A DNA stretch of 64,000 nt. Source: Candidatus Saccharimonadota bacterium (GTDB taxonomy: Bacteria > Patescibacteriota > Saccharimonadia > Saccharimonadales > JAGQNJ01). Of this stretch, positions 50,900 through 60,979 are shown piece after piece. Position 1 is the stretch's first letter; the number at the start of each line of letters is the position of its first letter. Under the pieces are notes generated by a model, which searched no databases, was not told the origin of the DNA, and was given only the letters and a program-made list of their open reading frames with translations. The stretch covers positions 18,068-82,067 of the forward strand of contig DAISWO010000001.1 in NCBI GenBank assembly GCA_036826295.1, in the 5' to 3' direction. A program made the translations under genes and the position numbers.

Positions 50900-51991
50900 A
50901 TGGATTTAAAATTAACCCAAGAAAACCTAAGCAAAGCCCTGAGCATTGTTGCTCGAGTTGCCAGTGGACGTAGCACCTTACCAATCCTAAGCAACATCCT
51001 TCTTAAGACGAATGCTAACAGGTTACAACTTTCAGCTACCAATCTTGACATCGCCATAACAGAATTTGTTGGGGCAAAAGTTACTAAAGAGGGTTCGATT
51101 ACGGTGCCAGCTAGATTGATGCAGGACTTTGTTTCTAACTTGCCTTCAGGTACTGTAAGCCTTTCTCAAAAAGATAATCGACTTGATATTAAAACCGAAA
51201 ATTACAGCTCTACACTTAACGGTATCTCGGCCGAAGACTTCCCCGTTATGCCTTTAATTGCTGAAGGGAAACAATGGGAAATCAGTTCTATTGTGTTAAA
51301 AAAAGCTTTTCAACAAGTGGTCGGTGCGGCTTCGAGTGACGACGCAAGACCGATTTTAACTGGCGTATTTCTCTCATCCCACGACAAAAAACTCTTCATA
51401 GCGGCCACTGATAGCTACCGACTAGCTGAAAAAACCATCGACAATATAACAGATGAAATAAAAATGCTCATACCTGTGAATGCCGCTCAGGAGTTGTTGC
51501 GAGTATTGGACGATACTGACGACAAAGTAAAGATAACCAGCGACGGTCAACAGGTAAGGTTCCAGACTTCAAAGACTGAATTAATTGCCCGTATGATCGA
51601 GGGAGAATACCCAGATTATCAGAAATTAATCCCAAACAAATTTGAGCGCACTGCTACAGCAGATCGGTCTGAACTTATTAATATCACAAAAGTCTCTAGT
51701 CTGTTCGCCAGAGAAAGTGCCGGCAGTATTATTTTAAAACTCGAAAAAGATAATGGGAAGATTACCGTCGCCTCGGTCGCCTCTCAGGTAGGAGAAAACA
51801 GTTCTAGTGCAACCGCCAAAGTTTGCGCCGACGGCGAGCTTACCCTAAACTCCAGATACCTACTAGAGGGTCTGCAGGCACTCGAAGGCAACCAAGTAGA
51901 GATTAACTTTAGTGACAAACTAGATCCGCTACTACTACGAAATCCAAAAAATAAAGATTATCTTCACATAGTAATGCCGCTTAAGAGCTAG
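50900..51991 (+). CDS. dnaN: DNA polymerase III beta sliding clamp
   Basis: Three-domain, roughly 360-aa clamp. N-terminus MDLKLTQENLSKALSIVARV. Confidence 0.95.
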   Translation: MDLKLTQENLSKALSIVARVASGRSTLPILSNILLKTNANRLQLSATNLDIAITEFVGAKVTKEGSITVPARLMQDFVSNLPSGTVSLSQKDNRLDIKTENYSSTLNGISAEDFPVMPLIAEGKQWEISSIVLKKAFQQVVGAASSDDARPILTGVFLSSHDKKLFIAATDSYRLAEKTIDNITDEIKMLIPVNAAQELLRVLDDTDDKVKITSDGQQVRFQTSKTELIARMIEGEYPDYQKLIPNKFERTATADRSELINITKVSSLFARESAGSIILKLEKDNGKITVASVASQVGENSSSATAKVCADGELTLNSRYLLEGLQALEGNQVEINFSDKLDPLLLRNPKNKDYLHIVMPLKS

Positions 51992-52007
51992 CGGCTTTAT
52001 AATAAGA

Positions 52008-53072
52008 GTGATGATTACAAGTATTAGGCTTCAGAATTTTAGGTCGTATAAAGATAGCGCCTTTGAGTTTGAGTCTGGCACTAATATTATTGTTGGCCCA
52101 AACGCTAGCGGTAAGACCAACCTATTAGAGTCTGTTTACTATGTTTGTAGCATGGGAGCTTTTCGTTCGTCAGACCACCACAACATACAGACCGGCAAAA
52201 ACTGGGCAAGGATTGACGCCACTACTGACGATAATCAAAGACGGACCCTAAAACTAACCGAAGAGAATGGTCGAGTTAATAAAAACTTTGAGATTGATGA
52301 AGTAGTTAAAAAACGGCCAACAGCTAAAGAATCTATCCCAGTAGTATTGTTTGAGCCCAACCAACTATATGAATTAGTTACCTCCCCAGAAGAGCGCCGA
52401 AGTTTTATTGATAGTCTAGCGTGCCAAATCTATCCAGAGAATACAGTGGCGATCAGTAGTTATAAGCGGGCCTTATCACAACGTAATAGACTATTAAAAA
52501 TGGGGCGCAAGGACGCAGAGCAGTCGATTTTTGCTTGGAATATAAGGCTATCGGAGTTTGCCGAGACCATCGTTACTAGACGCCTAGAGCTTATAGAAGA
52601 GCTTAATAAAACCCTAGCTGAAAACTACACAGAGATTGCTGGCGACAAGTATCTGCTAATTGTAGGCTATCAGTCAAAAATAGCTAGCGCGTCTAACTAC
52701 GCCACTAGGTTGCTTCAGGCGCTAGAACAAAACCTAGAAAAAGATTTAGCGCGAGGCTTTACTTCTGTTGGACCACACAGAGACGACCTTTTACTAGAGC
52801 TTAATAACAATGATGTTCGTAGCTTTGCATCCAGAGGCGAGACTCGCACCGCCATACTCGCCTTAAAAAAATGCGAGACTACACTACTCGAACAAAAAAC
52901 AGGAAAAAAACCTATTTTACTATTTGATGACGTGTTTAGTGAACTGGATGGAAAAAGACGAAAACTATTAACCGGATTTTTGAGCACCAATCAAACACTT
53001 ATCACTACAACCGACGCCGACATTATCGATAAATCCTATGCCCAAAAAACCCAGCTGATCAAGTTAAAGTGA
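52008..53072 (+). CDS. recF: DNA replication and repair protein RecF
   Basis: Walker A GPNASGKTNLLE, signature-like region and Walker B LLFDDVFSELD. TGA stop. Confidence 0.9.
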   Translation: MMITSIRLQNFRSYKDSAFEFESGTNIIVGPNASGKTNLLESVYYVCSMGAFRSSDHHNIQTGKNWARIDATTDDNQRRTLKLTEENGRVNKNFEIDEVVKKRPTAKESIPVVLFEPNQLYELVTSPEERRSFIDSLACQIYPENTVAISSYKRALSQRNRLLKMGRKDAEQSIFAWNIRLSEFAETIVTRRLELIEELNKTLAENYTEIAGDKYLLIVGYQSKIASASNYATRLLQALEQNLEKDLARGFTSVGPHRDDLLLELNNNDVRSFASRGETRTAILALKKCETTLLEQKTGKKPILLFDDVFSELDGKRRKLLTGFLSTNQTLITTTDADIIDKSYAQKTQLIKLK

Positions 53073-54398
53073 GCCCTCTTGCCTCTCGATCATTACCCAT
53101 GTTTTATTCAGTTGATTAACGTCACAGACACAGGTATCTTTTAAAATACCAACAGTCTTACTTACAATATTTTTCGTTTTATTGTTATCTGCAGTCATTA
53201 CAACCGAGCTGTTCATAATACTATAGTCAAATGTGTATTGATCGTGTCTGACGGGCACCTTAGGCAGATTGTAACTTTTAACATTATTAATAATATCTTT
53301 ATCCGAATATACTACCATACGGTTGTTATTGGTTAATGATAGTAATATCAAAGGATTCTTTGAAGCAACAATTATTTTTGATACTGGATCGATTATCTTC
53401 GAACCAGAATGATCTATTTCAACAATTTGTTTCTCGCCGTTATTCAGGTCGTATATTTCAACTTTATCAGGCTTAGAAATTTTATTAAACGTAACGATAT
53501 GACCGTTATAGGTATCAGAATAGCCTTCGATAGGCGTGTAAGATTTTTCTTCACCTGTTACTAAATCCCGTATTTTTATGTCGTGGTTAGACCCCTTTTC
53601 TTCATTATGCTCTACTACGCCACCTTCGTCTCCAGAGATGGATTCATTTATTGGAGAGTATATTAATTTGTTTGTATGTTTGTCTAAAGTAACCCCAATA
53701 GCACTATTTATAATTTTTTTAATTGACGATCCATCATGCTCATAGACAGCGCCCGCATAGTCAGTAAGGTATATTCTTTCCCCGACAGAGCCAATAATTT
53801 TCCTTGCCGCTATATCATTAACAAGCGAGCGATACTTCCCTGAATCCTCCTTAATCAACATATCTACCTTTTCCCCAGACGACAATAAAAAAACAATACC
53901 TTTTTTGGTTAGAATTCCATCTATTACAGAATTATATTTGGGAGGAAACGCAGCTTTAATAGAATTGCTAGTTATTAAAAACCAAGCTTGTTTGTTGTAT
54001 CTAGGCGGTTCACTACCACTTAGGTAGTTGTTCAATAGTTGGCTGTTAGGCGGGTAATAGTAGGATCTAACTAGGAGTTTATTATCTAAACCTGAAACTT
54101 TGTCAACATTATATAGAGGAAAGTCGTCGGTGAGTAGCTTGGTATTTAAAAAATCTTTATCATTAGCAAGATTCAACACAGCACTAGAAGAGCCAGTAAA
54201 GAATCCTAATTCTTTTGAATCTTTTGAATAATCAAAGTTGTCGATTCTCGCAATGTTTGTTGCTGCAATATCACTAGAACGCAATCTATAATCATCAACG
54301 TCCTCGCTCTTCCTCAATAAAGATACCAAAATAAGCAATATACACATAAATGTTAATAGTATTGATACTAAAATTACCACTCTTTTTTTATTCATCAA
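53064..54398 (-). CDS. membrane-anchored extracellular hypothetical protein (last gene of the T4SS-like operon)
   Basis: N-terminal TM (VVILVSILLTFMCILLILVSLL), then roughly 400 aa of predicted extracellular, beta-rich sequence. Function unknown. Confidence 0.45.
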   Translation of the reverse strand: MMNKKRVVILVSILLTFMCILLILVSLLRKSEDVDDYRLRSSDIAATNIARIDNFDYSKDSKELGFFTGSSSAVLNLANDKDFLNTKLLTDDFPLYNVDKVSGLDNKLLVRSYYYPPNSQLLNNYLSGSEPPRYNKQAWFLITSNSIKAAFPPKYNSVIDGILTKKGIVFLLSSGEKVDMLIKEDSGKYRSLVNDIAARKIIGSVGERIYLTDYAGAVYEHDGSSIKKIINSAIGVTLDKHTNKLIYSPINESISGDEGGVVEHNEEKGSNHDIKIRDLVTGEEKSYTPIEGYSDTYNGHIVTFNKISKPDKVEIYDLNNGEKQIVEIDHSGSKIIDPVSKIIVASKNPLILLSLTNNNRMVVYSDKDIINNVKSYNLPKVPVRHDQYTFDYSIMNSSVVMTADNNKTKNIVSKTVGILKDTCVCDVNQLNKTWVMIERQEGSL

Positions 54399-54407
54399 AC
54401 TTCCTCC

Positions 54408-56102
54408 TTAATACCAATTAAAAGCATGCGAGTGTTCAAGAGCACGACATGGCGTTTGATATCTACCTGCAATATAGTCTAGGCCCCAGGTTATCTGGGT
54501 TCGTGGATTAGTACGCCAGTCAGGGCCTGCAGTCGCCATTTTCCCACCAGGCTTAGATTGAGGCAAACCATAAGCGTCATCCTCTTCTTCGGTTATGGTT
54601 TCGCTTCCATTAAGAGATCCGTCTCCGTTGGTGTCGTTATTGCCTTCAGCGTCATTGATTGCAAGATGATTCCAGCTAGACTCTCTGGTCCATAGCTCTA
54701 ACAAACAACCCCACTCTGACCCGGTCCAACCCCTTTCTGCAGCCATAGACTCGCCAAGTTTTTTATTTTCATCTGGCGTACCACCACTTCCACCATATTG
54801 TGGGCTCCCGCAATTATCCACGTTAGTAAACCCACCAGTTTTTACAGCCTCAATAATTTTATTTAGGTATGTGTCTCCAACATCACTTTTTCTACCTGGG
54901 CTAATTAGGTGATGTGACAATACTCCCTTTAGATCACCCACATTAGTGTCGGTCTCCATCCCATATTTTTGGATAATATACGATACTGTTTTAGCAACAG
55001 CAGCTGCCTGGACAGGGTTATTATTAATCTCTTGTTCTGCTGTTTCAACCGTCCCATCACTACCTGCGGCAATTTCTATACCAATTGTTTTGCTATTGGC
55101 GTTTGAAGCGTGAGCAGTTAGGGTTGCTAGATCATCCACTAATTGATATACCGTTCCCGATCCATCGATGTATAACTGAACCGACAGCCCCCTGCCACCA
55201 ATAATAGAAATAAAATCTTCTACACTAGTGTTCGGAGATCCGCCGGTCCAGTGCAGAACTACACCTGTTGGCTGTATGGGTGGTCCAGAGAAAGGAGCTG
55301 GCGATATCTTTTGGATAAAATCTCCTGATACTTCTCCGTTAGTTTGAGGCGCGCTCGTGTCGATGGTGGCCGTAGTACCTGTTGATCGTGTTGCTGGTGC
55401 TTCGCCAACCTCGCCAGCCAACCACTTAGATTTCTTATCGTAACCAGCATCGGTATGATGCACACCATCTTCAAGGTAAGGATACTTTTCGGGATTACTA
55501 GTGACCTCTTCCTCCCAGTTCAGTATGGTATATTCAAGGTCTTCAGACCGGCTTTCGATCAATCGGTTTACCTCGTCGTTTCCTAAAAATGAAGGGTCAA
55601 TAAACGCACCATCTTTAACATGTACATTTACCCAGTAGACTTTAGCAGTGGGCGCTTTATCCTTAATTTTTTCAATTAACTCAGGGATTTTTTGTTCAAG
55701 ATCGGTTTCAGGGTTTGTGCCTAGGGCTACTACGATCGCATCACTTTCGGCGACTGTGTCTTTATCTTCCTCGATCTTAGGTAATGAGTCTCCAATATTG
55801 AACCCATTAGTAGCTTGAATATCAGGACTACCCCAACCTTTGTCTTCTAGTTTCGAAACTAGACTGCCCTTTTCTCGCATCCCTACGGTTAACGAGTCAC
55901 CAATCATATATATATTTGCACCCAAATCTGATGCGTCTTCTTCACATTCGTTGTCTATATCAAACCTAAGGCTCCCCCCGTCGATAACTTGTTTTTGTTC
56001 CGTACTTAAAGCTATTGCGACGTTTGATGCGCCGGAAACATAATTGAAGAATAAAACCCCAAGGATTAGCAGTGTTGATATTCTCAAAAATAACCTATTC
56101 AT
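54408..56102 (-). CDS. secreted trimodular cell-wall hydrolase: SGNH/GDSL esterase + amidase_2 (N-acetylmuramoyl-L-alanine amidase/PGRP) + SLT-like lytic transglycosylase
   Basis: Signal peptide MNRLFLRISTLLILGVLFF. GDSL block IYMIGDSLTVGM and SGNH block V of the same esterase, DGVHHTDAGY. Amidase_2-like region VVLHWTGGSPN...SVQLYIDGSGTVYQLVDD...IGIEIAAG. C-terminal WGCLLELWTRESSWN...AYGLPQS matches the E-S...GLMQ-type transglycosylase motif. Start set at the ATG 2 nt after the upstream stop (TAG-TA-ATG); the track ORF begins 30 nt earlier inside the upstream gene. Confidence 0.7.
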   Translation of the reverse strand: MNRLFLRISTLLILGVLFFNYVSGASNVAIALSTEQKQVIDGGSLRFDIDNECEEDASDLGANIYMIGDSLTVGMREKGSLVSKLEDKGWGSPDIQATNGFNIGDSLPKIEEDKDTVAESDAIVVALGTNPETDLEQKIPELIEKIKDKAPTAKVYWVNVHVKDGAFIDPSFLGNDEVNRLIESRSEDLEYTILNWEEEVTSNPEKYPYLEDGVHHTDAGYDKKSKWLAGEVGEAPATRSTGTTATIDTSAPQTNGEVSGDFIQKISPAPFSGPPIQPTGVVLHWTGGSPNTSVEDFISIIGGRGLSVQLYIDGSGTVYQLVDDLATLTAHASNANSKTIGIEIAAGSDGTVETAEQEINNNPVQAAAVAKTVSYIIQKYGMETDTNVGDLKGVLSHHLISPGRKSDVGDTYLNKIIEAVKTGGFTNVDNCGSPQYGGSGGTPDENKKLGESMAAERGWTGSEWGCLLELWTRESSWNHLAINDAEGNNDTNGDGSLNGSETITEEEDDAYGLPQSKPGGKMATAGPDWRTNPRTQITWGLDYIAGRYQTPCRALEHSHAFNWY

Positions 56103-56104
56103 TA

Positions 56105-59011
56105 CTATCTCCCATTTACCGACCAGTGCCAAGGTTCGCTCGGCAGATTAAAGAACCCATAGGTTGCAGCATTTGCGGACAACCATATATAGCATGCGGT
56201 CCCACGCGATCGGCAATTATCGAAGTCAATAGCTAAACCTCTTTCATGATTAGATGTGCCGGGTATTGCAGTCGGGACCCTGCAAGATGATGGCGATGCG
56301 TTATATATGTCCGGACATCCGTTTATTATGCGTAACTGAATTTGTCTAGCGTTGCTTCTCCAGCAAGAACCAGTCAATGTCACTCCATCAGCCGCCGCCG
56401 CCGCGATCATAGCGTTAGCATTTGCGGCTATACTCTTATGACAACCCGAACTGAGCCCAGTAACCGGTTCAATATCTGCTTCGGTAACAACTCCGTCTGG
56501 AAGAGGACCATTAGCCCCTGGTGTCGAACTTGATTTGCTCTGGTCTGGTAATCCTAATTCATCGCATGCGGATTCGTCGGCGCCCTCATAGCACACGGCT
56601 GATTTTGCGGTAATTGTGTCGGAGAGGTAGAAGCGATATTTTTTTAGCTTTATTTTTTCGGTCTCGTTAATACCAACACCGGCGCATTTCTCTGGTATGT
56701 CTTTATAATTAACTGCTTCAGTGGTTTGGATTTTTCCTGTTGTGCTGATTGTGGTCTTAAAACACTTTTCGCCGTACTTTCTGTTCATTTCCTTCAAAAG
56801 TTCAAAATTATTCTTTTCCATTTCTTTGGCTATGTCGTAAGGGTTCTCAAAAGTCTCATCTCTTTGTTCGTCTAGGCTGAAGCCGTATTCTGGGAAGCCA
56901 TAGTCGTAGTCAACTGATGCAGCTTTTGTCTTGCCGCCGAAGATATTGCCAAAATTAGTGAATATATTGCTGAAGTTCTTTAGTGGTGCTTGTAGGCCAT
57001 AAGACAGAGTTGATGAGGTTGCAAAATAATTCGGGTTATTAAACACTGATGAGGCGAATAACGAGTTAGTTTCTTTAGGGTCTAAATAGCGGGCGTATAG
57101 ACTCTTGGTCTTCATGTCGTAGCGCTCTAACTCTTTGCGCTTATAGTCTAGGGCAATTTCTTCTTCAGGCTGTAGCTCTCTTCCGCCAAAACTCAGAGCA
57201 TTATCATTAGCATTTAATCGATTCCCAAAGTTAACGCAGTTACCCCACTGCGGACCATCGGCACATTGCAGTGCCGCCCCCGCCAACCAATTAACAAGCG
57301 AATCTACATAATCGGATCCTAGTACGCCCGCTCCAATAAATATAGCGTTCACTGTGGCTGAAGCTGCGGCTGCCGATGCTCCTCCAGAAATGAATGCAAC
57401 GACCCCGTCAAGGACATCGGAAACGCCTATACAGGCACTACCCACGCAAGCATTCAGATCTATCAATACATCACAAGCTGTCTGGCCTGTTGGAAGGGCA
57501 TTGATAAGGTCATTAATAACCGTAAAAAGTGGTGGATTCTCTTTACCGGGTTTAGAACTGGCTGGTAAATCTGCTGGTTTAACTCGCTGCCCCTCATTTT
57601 CTCCTTTGGTGGCAGTTCGTTCACCGATTTGATCTTGACCGAGTTCTGCCTGGATACTATCTGCGGAAAAGGCGCTAAGCTTACCTATGTCAGTATCGCC
57701 CATAAATCTAGTAAACAATGCACCCATTTCGTCTGAGGTAACGTCTTGATCACCGAACTGAACTTGAGAACCTAAGGCTAGGCCATCAAGACCAATTCTC
57801 ATTAGAGGAATAACAAGTTCCGCCTGTCGGATAGCTTCCATAGAGCCACCGATCTGATCAATGTTACAGATGAGCTCATAGAGGCCCACTGCACCAACCG
57901 TTCCCGCTACAGCACCAATTATTTTACCTTTAACTCCTGATGGTGTATCTGCATCCAGGCCATCGGGGGCGTTCCGACGAATATTATCTCTTGTATCGGC
58001 GTCTATTTGGTCTTGAGATGGGGGTGGTTTGGCTCTATCGGGGGCTGATACCCCAGTTTTTACACGCTCGTCATGATGCTGTTTTACGGATTTGGTGTAG
58101 TCAACTATTGACTCACCGGCTTCTCGATAAAAGTTTTGTAATGGGTGAAACCCCCCAGCGTAGCGCTTTTTAGACAGCCTGTGGGTAATAGCGTTTGAGA
58201 TACCATCTTCGCTTATTGCTATTCTTAAGTCGTCAGTCATAGTACGGATTCCGGTTCGACTGCCAAACCCCCTCGGCGCATCGATCTGCTTTAATCTGCC
58301 GTCTCCTGAACTACTGTAACCTTTGGCTTTTAATTCGTCGAAAGCACTTTTGCCTTTAGGCGTATCAGTATCAAAAGTAAAACTAGTCAGAACTTTATTA
58401 CTATAATTTGGGGTAATACCAAGATCTTTCAGTCTGGTGTCAACCTTTTTAGCGTATTTATTGCCAATTGCACCGAGGTTATTGTCTATACCGTTACCAC
58501 GAGCATATCGCCATAAGCGAGTTAGACGTCCGTCTTGCATATTGGCGTTATTCTCGTGGTGAAACGGCCCCATAAGACTTGCCATATGAACAAATGCTAG
58601 TGGACCACTGGCGGTCATTAATATCCCTAGGATACCCCCGATGCCTAAGATTCCTGCAACGCCACCAGCGGCTTGTTTTTTAGTAATCTTTCCACGAAAA
58701 CGCCCGCTTTTTTTGCCATTGCTAGTGTCTTTAAAGAATCCTGAATTGTTATTATTATCATCTCCGTGTGAGATTGCCTTATTGTCGAGTAATTTACTTG
58801 CTTCGTCTTTTCCGGCTCGGTAGGGAGAGCTGTCGTAGCCTAATTTTTCGCGCTTGGCTATATCTTCTGCGGCCCCGTTGTGAGCCTCACGGTCCATAGC
58901 GTCTTCTTGGTCTTTATGGATGCCCATTAATTCTCGGAGTTTATCGTCAGAGATATTATTATCGCCGGCAAGGCTTTTGTCCTCAGTTTTTTCTGGATCG
59001 TAGACTGACAT
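56105..59011 (-). CDS. large polytopic membrane protein with C-terminal M15 (VanY-like) peptidoglycan peptidase domain; possible VirB6-like T4SS channel component
   Basis: 968 aa with several Gly/Ala-rich TM segments (AGGVAGILGIGGILGILMTASGPLAF, KIIGAVAGTVGAVGLYELI, VVAFISGGASAAAASATVNAIFIGAGVLG). The C-terminus carries VanY/M15 zinc motifs (GTSNHERGLAIDFD and SEPWHW). Confidence 0.6.
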   Translation of the reverse strand: MSVYDPEKTEDKSLAGDNNISDDKLRELMGIHKDQEDAMDREAHNGAAEDIAKREKLGYDSSPYRAGKDEASKLLDNKAISHGDDNNNNSGFFKDTSNGKKSGRFRGKITKKQAAGGVAGILGIGGILGILMTASGPLAFVHMASLMGPFHHENNANMQDGRLTRLWRYARGNGIDNNLGAIGNKYAKKVDTRLKDLGITPNYSNKVLTSFTFDTDTPKGKSAFDELKAKGYSSSGDGRLKQIDAPRGFGSRTGIRTMTDDLRIAISEDGISNAITHRLSKKRYAGGFHPLQNFYREAGESIVDYTKSVKQHHDERVKTGVSAPDRAKPPPSQDQIDADTRDNIRRNAPDGLDADTPSGVKGKIIGAVAGTVGAVGLYELICNIDQIGGSMEAIRQAELVIPLMRIGLDGLALGSQVQFGDQDVTSDEMGALFTRFMGDTDIGKLSAFSADSIQAELGQDQIGERTATKGENEGQRVKPADLPASSKPGKENPPLFTVINDLINALPTGQTACDVLIDLNACVGSACIGVSDVLDGVVAFISGGASAAAASATVNAIFIGAGVLGSDYVDSLVNWLAGAALQCADGPQWGNCVNFGNRLNANDNALSFGGRELQPEEEIALDYKRKELERYDMKTKSLYARYLDPKETNSLFASSVFNNPNYFATSSTLSYGLQAPLKNFSNIFTNFGNIFGGKTKAASVDYDYGFPEYGFSLDEQRDETFENPYDIAKEMEKNNFELLKEMNRKYGEKCFKTTISTTGKIQTTEAVNYKDIPEKCAGVGINETEKIKLKKYRFYLSDTITAKSAVCYEGADESACDELGLPDQSKSSSTPGANGPLPDGVVTEADIEPVTGLSSGCHKSIAANANAMIAAAAADGVTLTGSCWRSNARQIQLRIINGCPDIYNASPSSCRVPTAIPGTSNHERGLAIDFDNCRSRGTACYIWLSANAATYGFFNLPSEPWHWSVNGR

Positions 59012-59048
59012 TTATTCTACCCTCTAGTGCCTAAAGTCATTTCAATCA

Positions 59049-60977
59049 TTATATCGCAGGTGGAGTACTTATTGGACTTAAGTTGATATTGCCCTGACCG
59101 TCTTTAATAACTCCTTTGGAGTCAAGGTCTTGGATCTCTTCGGGGTTGGTGGTGATTAGGCTAGTCTCGGTATCACTGGCTGCAATCTGTATGTGCACAT
59201 GATTCTGACCGGCAAAGAACAAGCCTTGACCAATAGGAAACTGACTTAATCGCTTTGCCTCATTCTCGGTAAGCTTAAAGACGTCGGCCAGCATATCAAC
59301 TGCTGACGGAGACTGCTTTAGTAGCAGTTGCAGAGAAGCGTTGGCTACAATTGCCCGACCTAGACGTGATCCAATAAAATCTTCTACATCCTGAGTAATA
59401 GTGGTTATGCCCAAGTTATATTTTCGGGCCCGCTTAGCCAGAGAAAACATAAAGTTAGCAGAATCTTCATATCGCATTATCTGCCAAGCCTCATCAATAA
59501 TTAAGATACGTTTTTTCATGTCGGATTTGGTGATATTCCAAATATGGTTGAGCACGATATACATAGCTACAGGTCGGAGTTCGTCCTCTAGATCGCGAAC
59601 GTTAAAGACTACCATTTGGTTTTTCATCTCAATATTGGATTGCTGAGAGAATATGCCAGCAAATGTACCGCTAGTGTATTTTCGTAGGCGTTGTGCCAGC
59701 TGTGGGCCGGTGCCTCCCATGTGTAGCAGGGTATCGTACAAATCAGTAATGGTAGGCGGTATAGAATTATGGGTAAGTGGGTCTTGGGTTATTCCTGCCT
59801 TGGCATACGTTTCAATTAATGCGGCGTCTAAATCAGCCTCTTCGACTGGTGATAATGCTGGCGCTGATGTACCGCCACTAGATTGCGATGCTAGCATCTG
59901 AGCCTGCGCCCCACCCATCATCAATCTCAATAGCCCATGTAATGTTATTAGGTTGCTACGTAGTGCGTTATCGGCCTCGTCAGTATCAATGACTTTAGGC
60001 AAGTCGAACGGGTTGATTCGTGTATTAGAGTTTAAGCTTAGTCGGACATAGGCGCCAGCGACTGCTTCACACATCCTTTGGTATTCGTTCTCAGGATCAA
60101 CTATCACAATCTCTGTGCCAAACATCATAGAACGAAGTGCTTCTAGCTTAACGGCAAAAGATTTTCCGGCACCAGATTTTGCGAACACCACGGCGTTGCC
60201 GTTTTCTAGACTAAAGCGATCAAATATAACCAGTCCAGAGTTATGCATATTTATCCCATAAAGCACGCCGTCATCTTGGCTGAGGTCGGCGCTAGTGAAT
60301 GGGAAGCTGGTACTGGCAGCACCAGTGCTCATGTTACGCCTAATCTCTAGCTGATCGGTAAATTGAGGTACGGTACTAGCTAGCGCTTGCTCTTGTTGTG
60401 AAGTAGCGGGTTTTGAATAGACTAGTTGTTGGCCAAGCATAGACTCAACCTTATGTGCTATATACTCGAGCTCGTCTAGGCTATTGCCATAAATAGTAAA
60501 GTAAAAGCCAATCCTAAAAAAGCGCTCTTCGCCAACTTGGAGCTTGTCGCGAATTTCTTCAGCATCGGTAATTGCAGCTTGTTTGCCGGGGTCACGGACT
60601 CGGCCCTTTTCTTCGTCGATCTGAATTCCGGCTTCCATTTGCGATACTTTTTTACGCAGACTTTCCATAACTAGTCGGCTTTCAACAGGATAAATAAACA
60701 TTGAGATGTCGATTATCTCGTCAAGGTTGATTAGCCCACTGGTCCAGCCGGTAGTTAGTGAACGTGGATATCCAAAAACATAGTACGTGCGGGCAAAGCG
60801 ACTACCAATCTGAAAGTGAGTGCTACTCAGCTCTACCGAGCTTGGGGCGATAAAATCGCGAAGTGCAGTTACGCCCTTTCTATAAATTTCGCCGACTTCT
60901 TGCTCTTCGCGTCGGCGCTGAGCTTCAGCTAGCTCTTTAGGATCGGTAATGGCTTTTTTGCCGCTAAATAGACCCAT
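59049..60977 (-). CDS. VirB4-family type IV secretion ATPase (TraE/PrgJ/TcpF-like)
   Basis: VirB4 N-region ALRDFIAPSSVELSSTHFQIGSRFARTYYVFGYPRS, Walker A VVFAKSGAGKSFAV and Walker B ILIIDEAWQIM. About 640 aa, as in Gram-positive VirB4 homologs. Confidence 0.85.
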   Translation of the reverse strand: MGLFSGKKAITDPKELAEAQRRREEQEVGEIYRKGVTALRDFIAPSSVELSSTHFQIGSRFARTYYVFGYPRSLTTGWTSGLINLDEIIDISMFIYPVESRLVMESLRKKVSQMEAGIQIDEEKGRVRDPGKQAAITDAEEIRDKLQVGEERFFRIGFYFTIYGNSLDELEYIAHKVESMLGQQLVYSKPATSQQEQALASTVPQFTDQLEIRRNMSTGAASTSFPFTSADLSQDDGVLYGINMHNSGLVIFDRFSLENGNAVVFAKSGAGKSFAVKLEALRSMMFGTEIVIVDPENEYQRMCEAVAGAYVRLSLNSNTRINPFDLPKVIDTDEADNALRSNLITLHGLLRLMMGGAQAQMLASQSSGGTSAPALSPVEEADLDAALIETYAKAGITQDPLTHNSIPPTITDLYDTLLHMGGTGPQLAQRLRKYTSGTFAGIFSQQSNIEMKNQMVVFNVRDLEDELRPVAMYIVLNHIWNITKSDMKKRILIIDEAWQIMRYEDSANFMFSLAKRARKYNLGITTITQDVEDFIGSRLGRAIVANASLQLLLKQSPSAVDMLADVFKLTENEAKRLSQFPIGQGLFFAGQNHVHIQIAASDTETSLITTNPEEIQDLDSKGVIKDGQGNINLSPISTPPAI

Positions 60978-60979
60978 AT

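Noticed and set aside
57354-58823. Several forward-strand ORFs inside the 968-aa membrane/M15 gene, and 59401-59901 inside VirB4
   Set aside because: Antisense to long ORFs with recognisable motifs. Ala/Pro-rich translations are typical of the reverse frame of Gly/Ala-rich TM segments.
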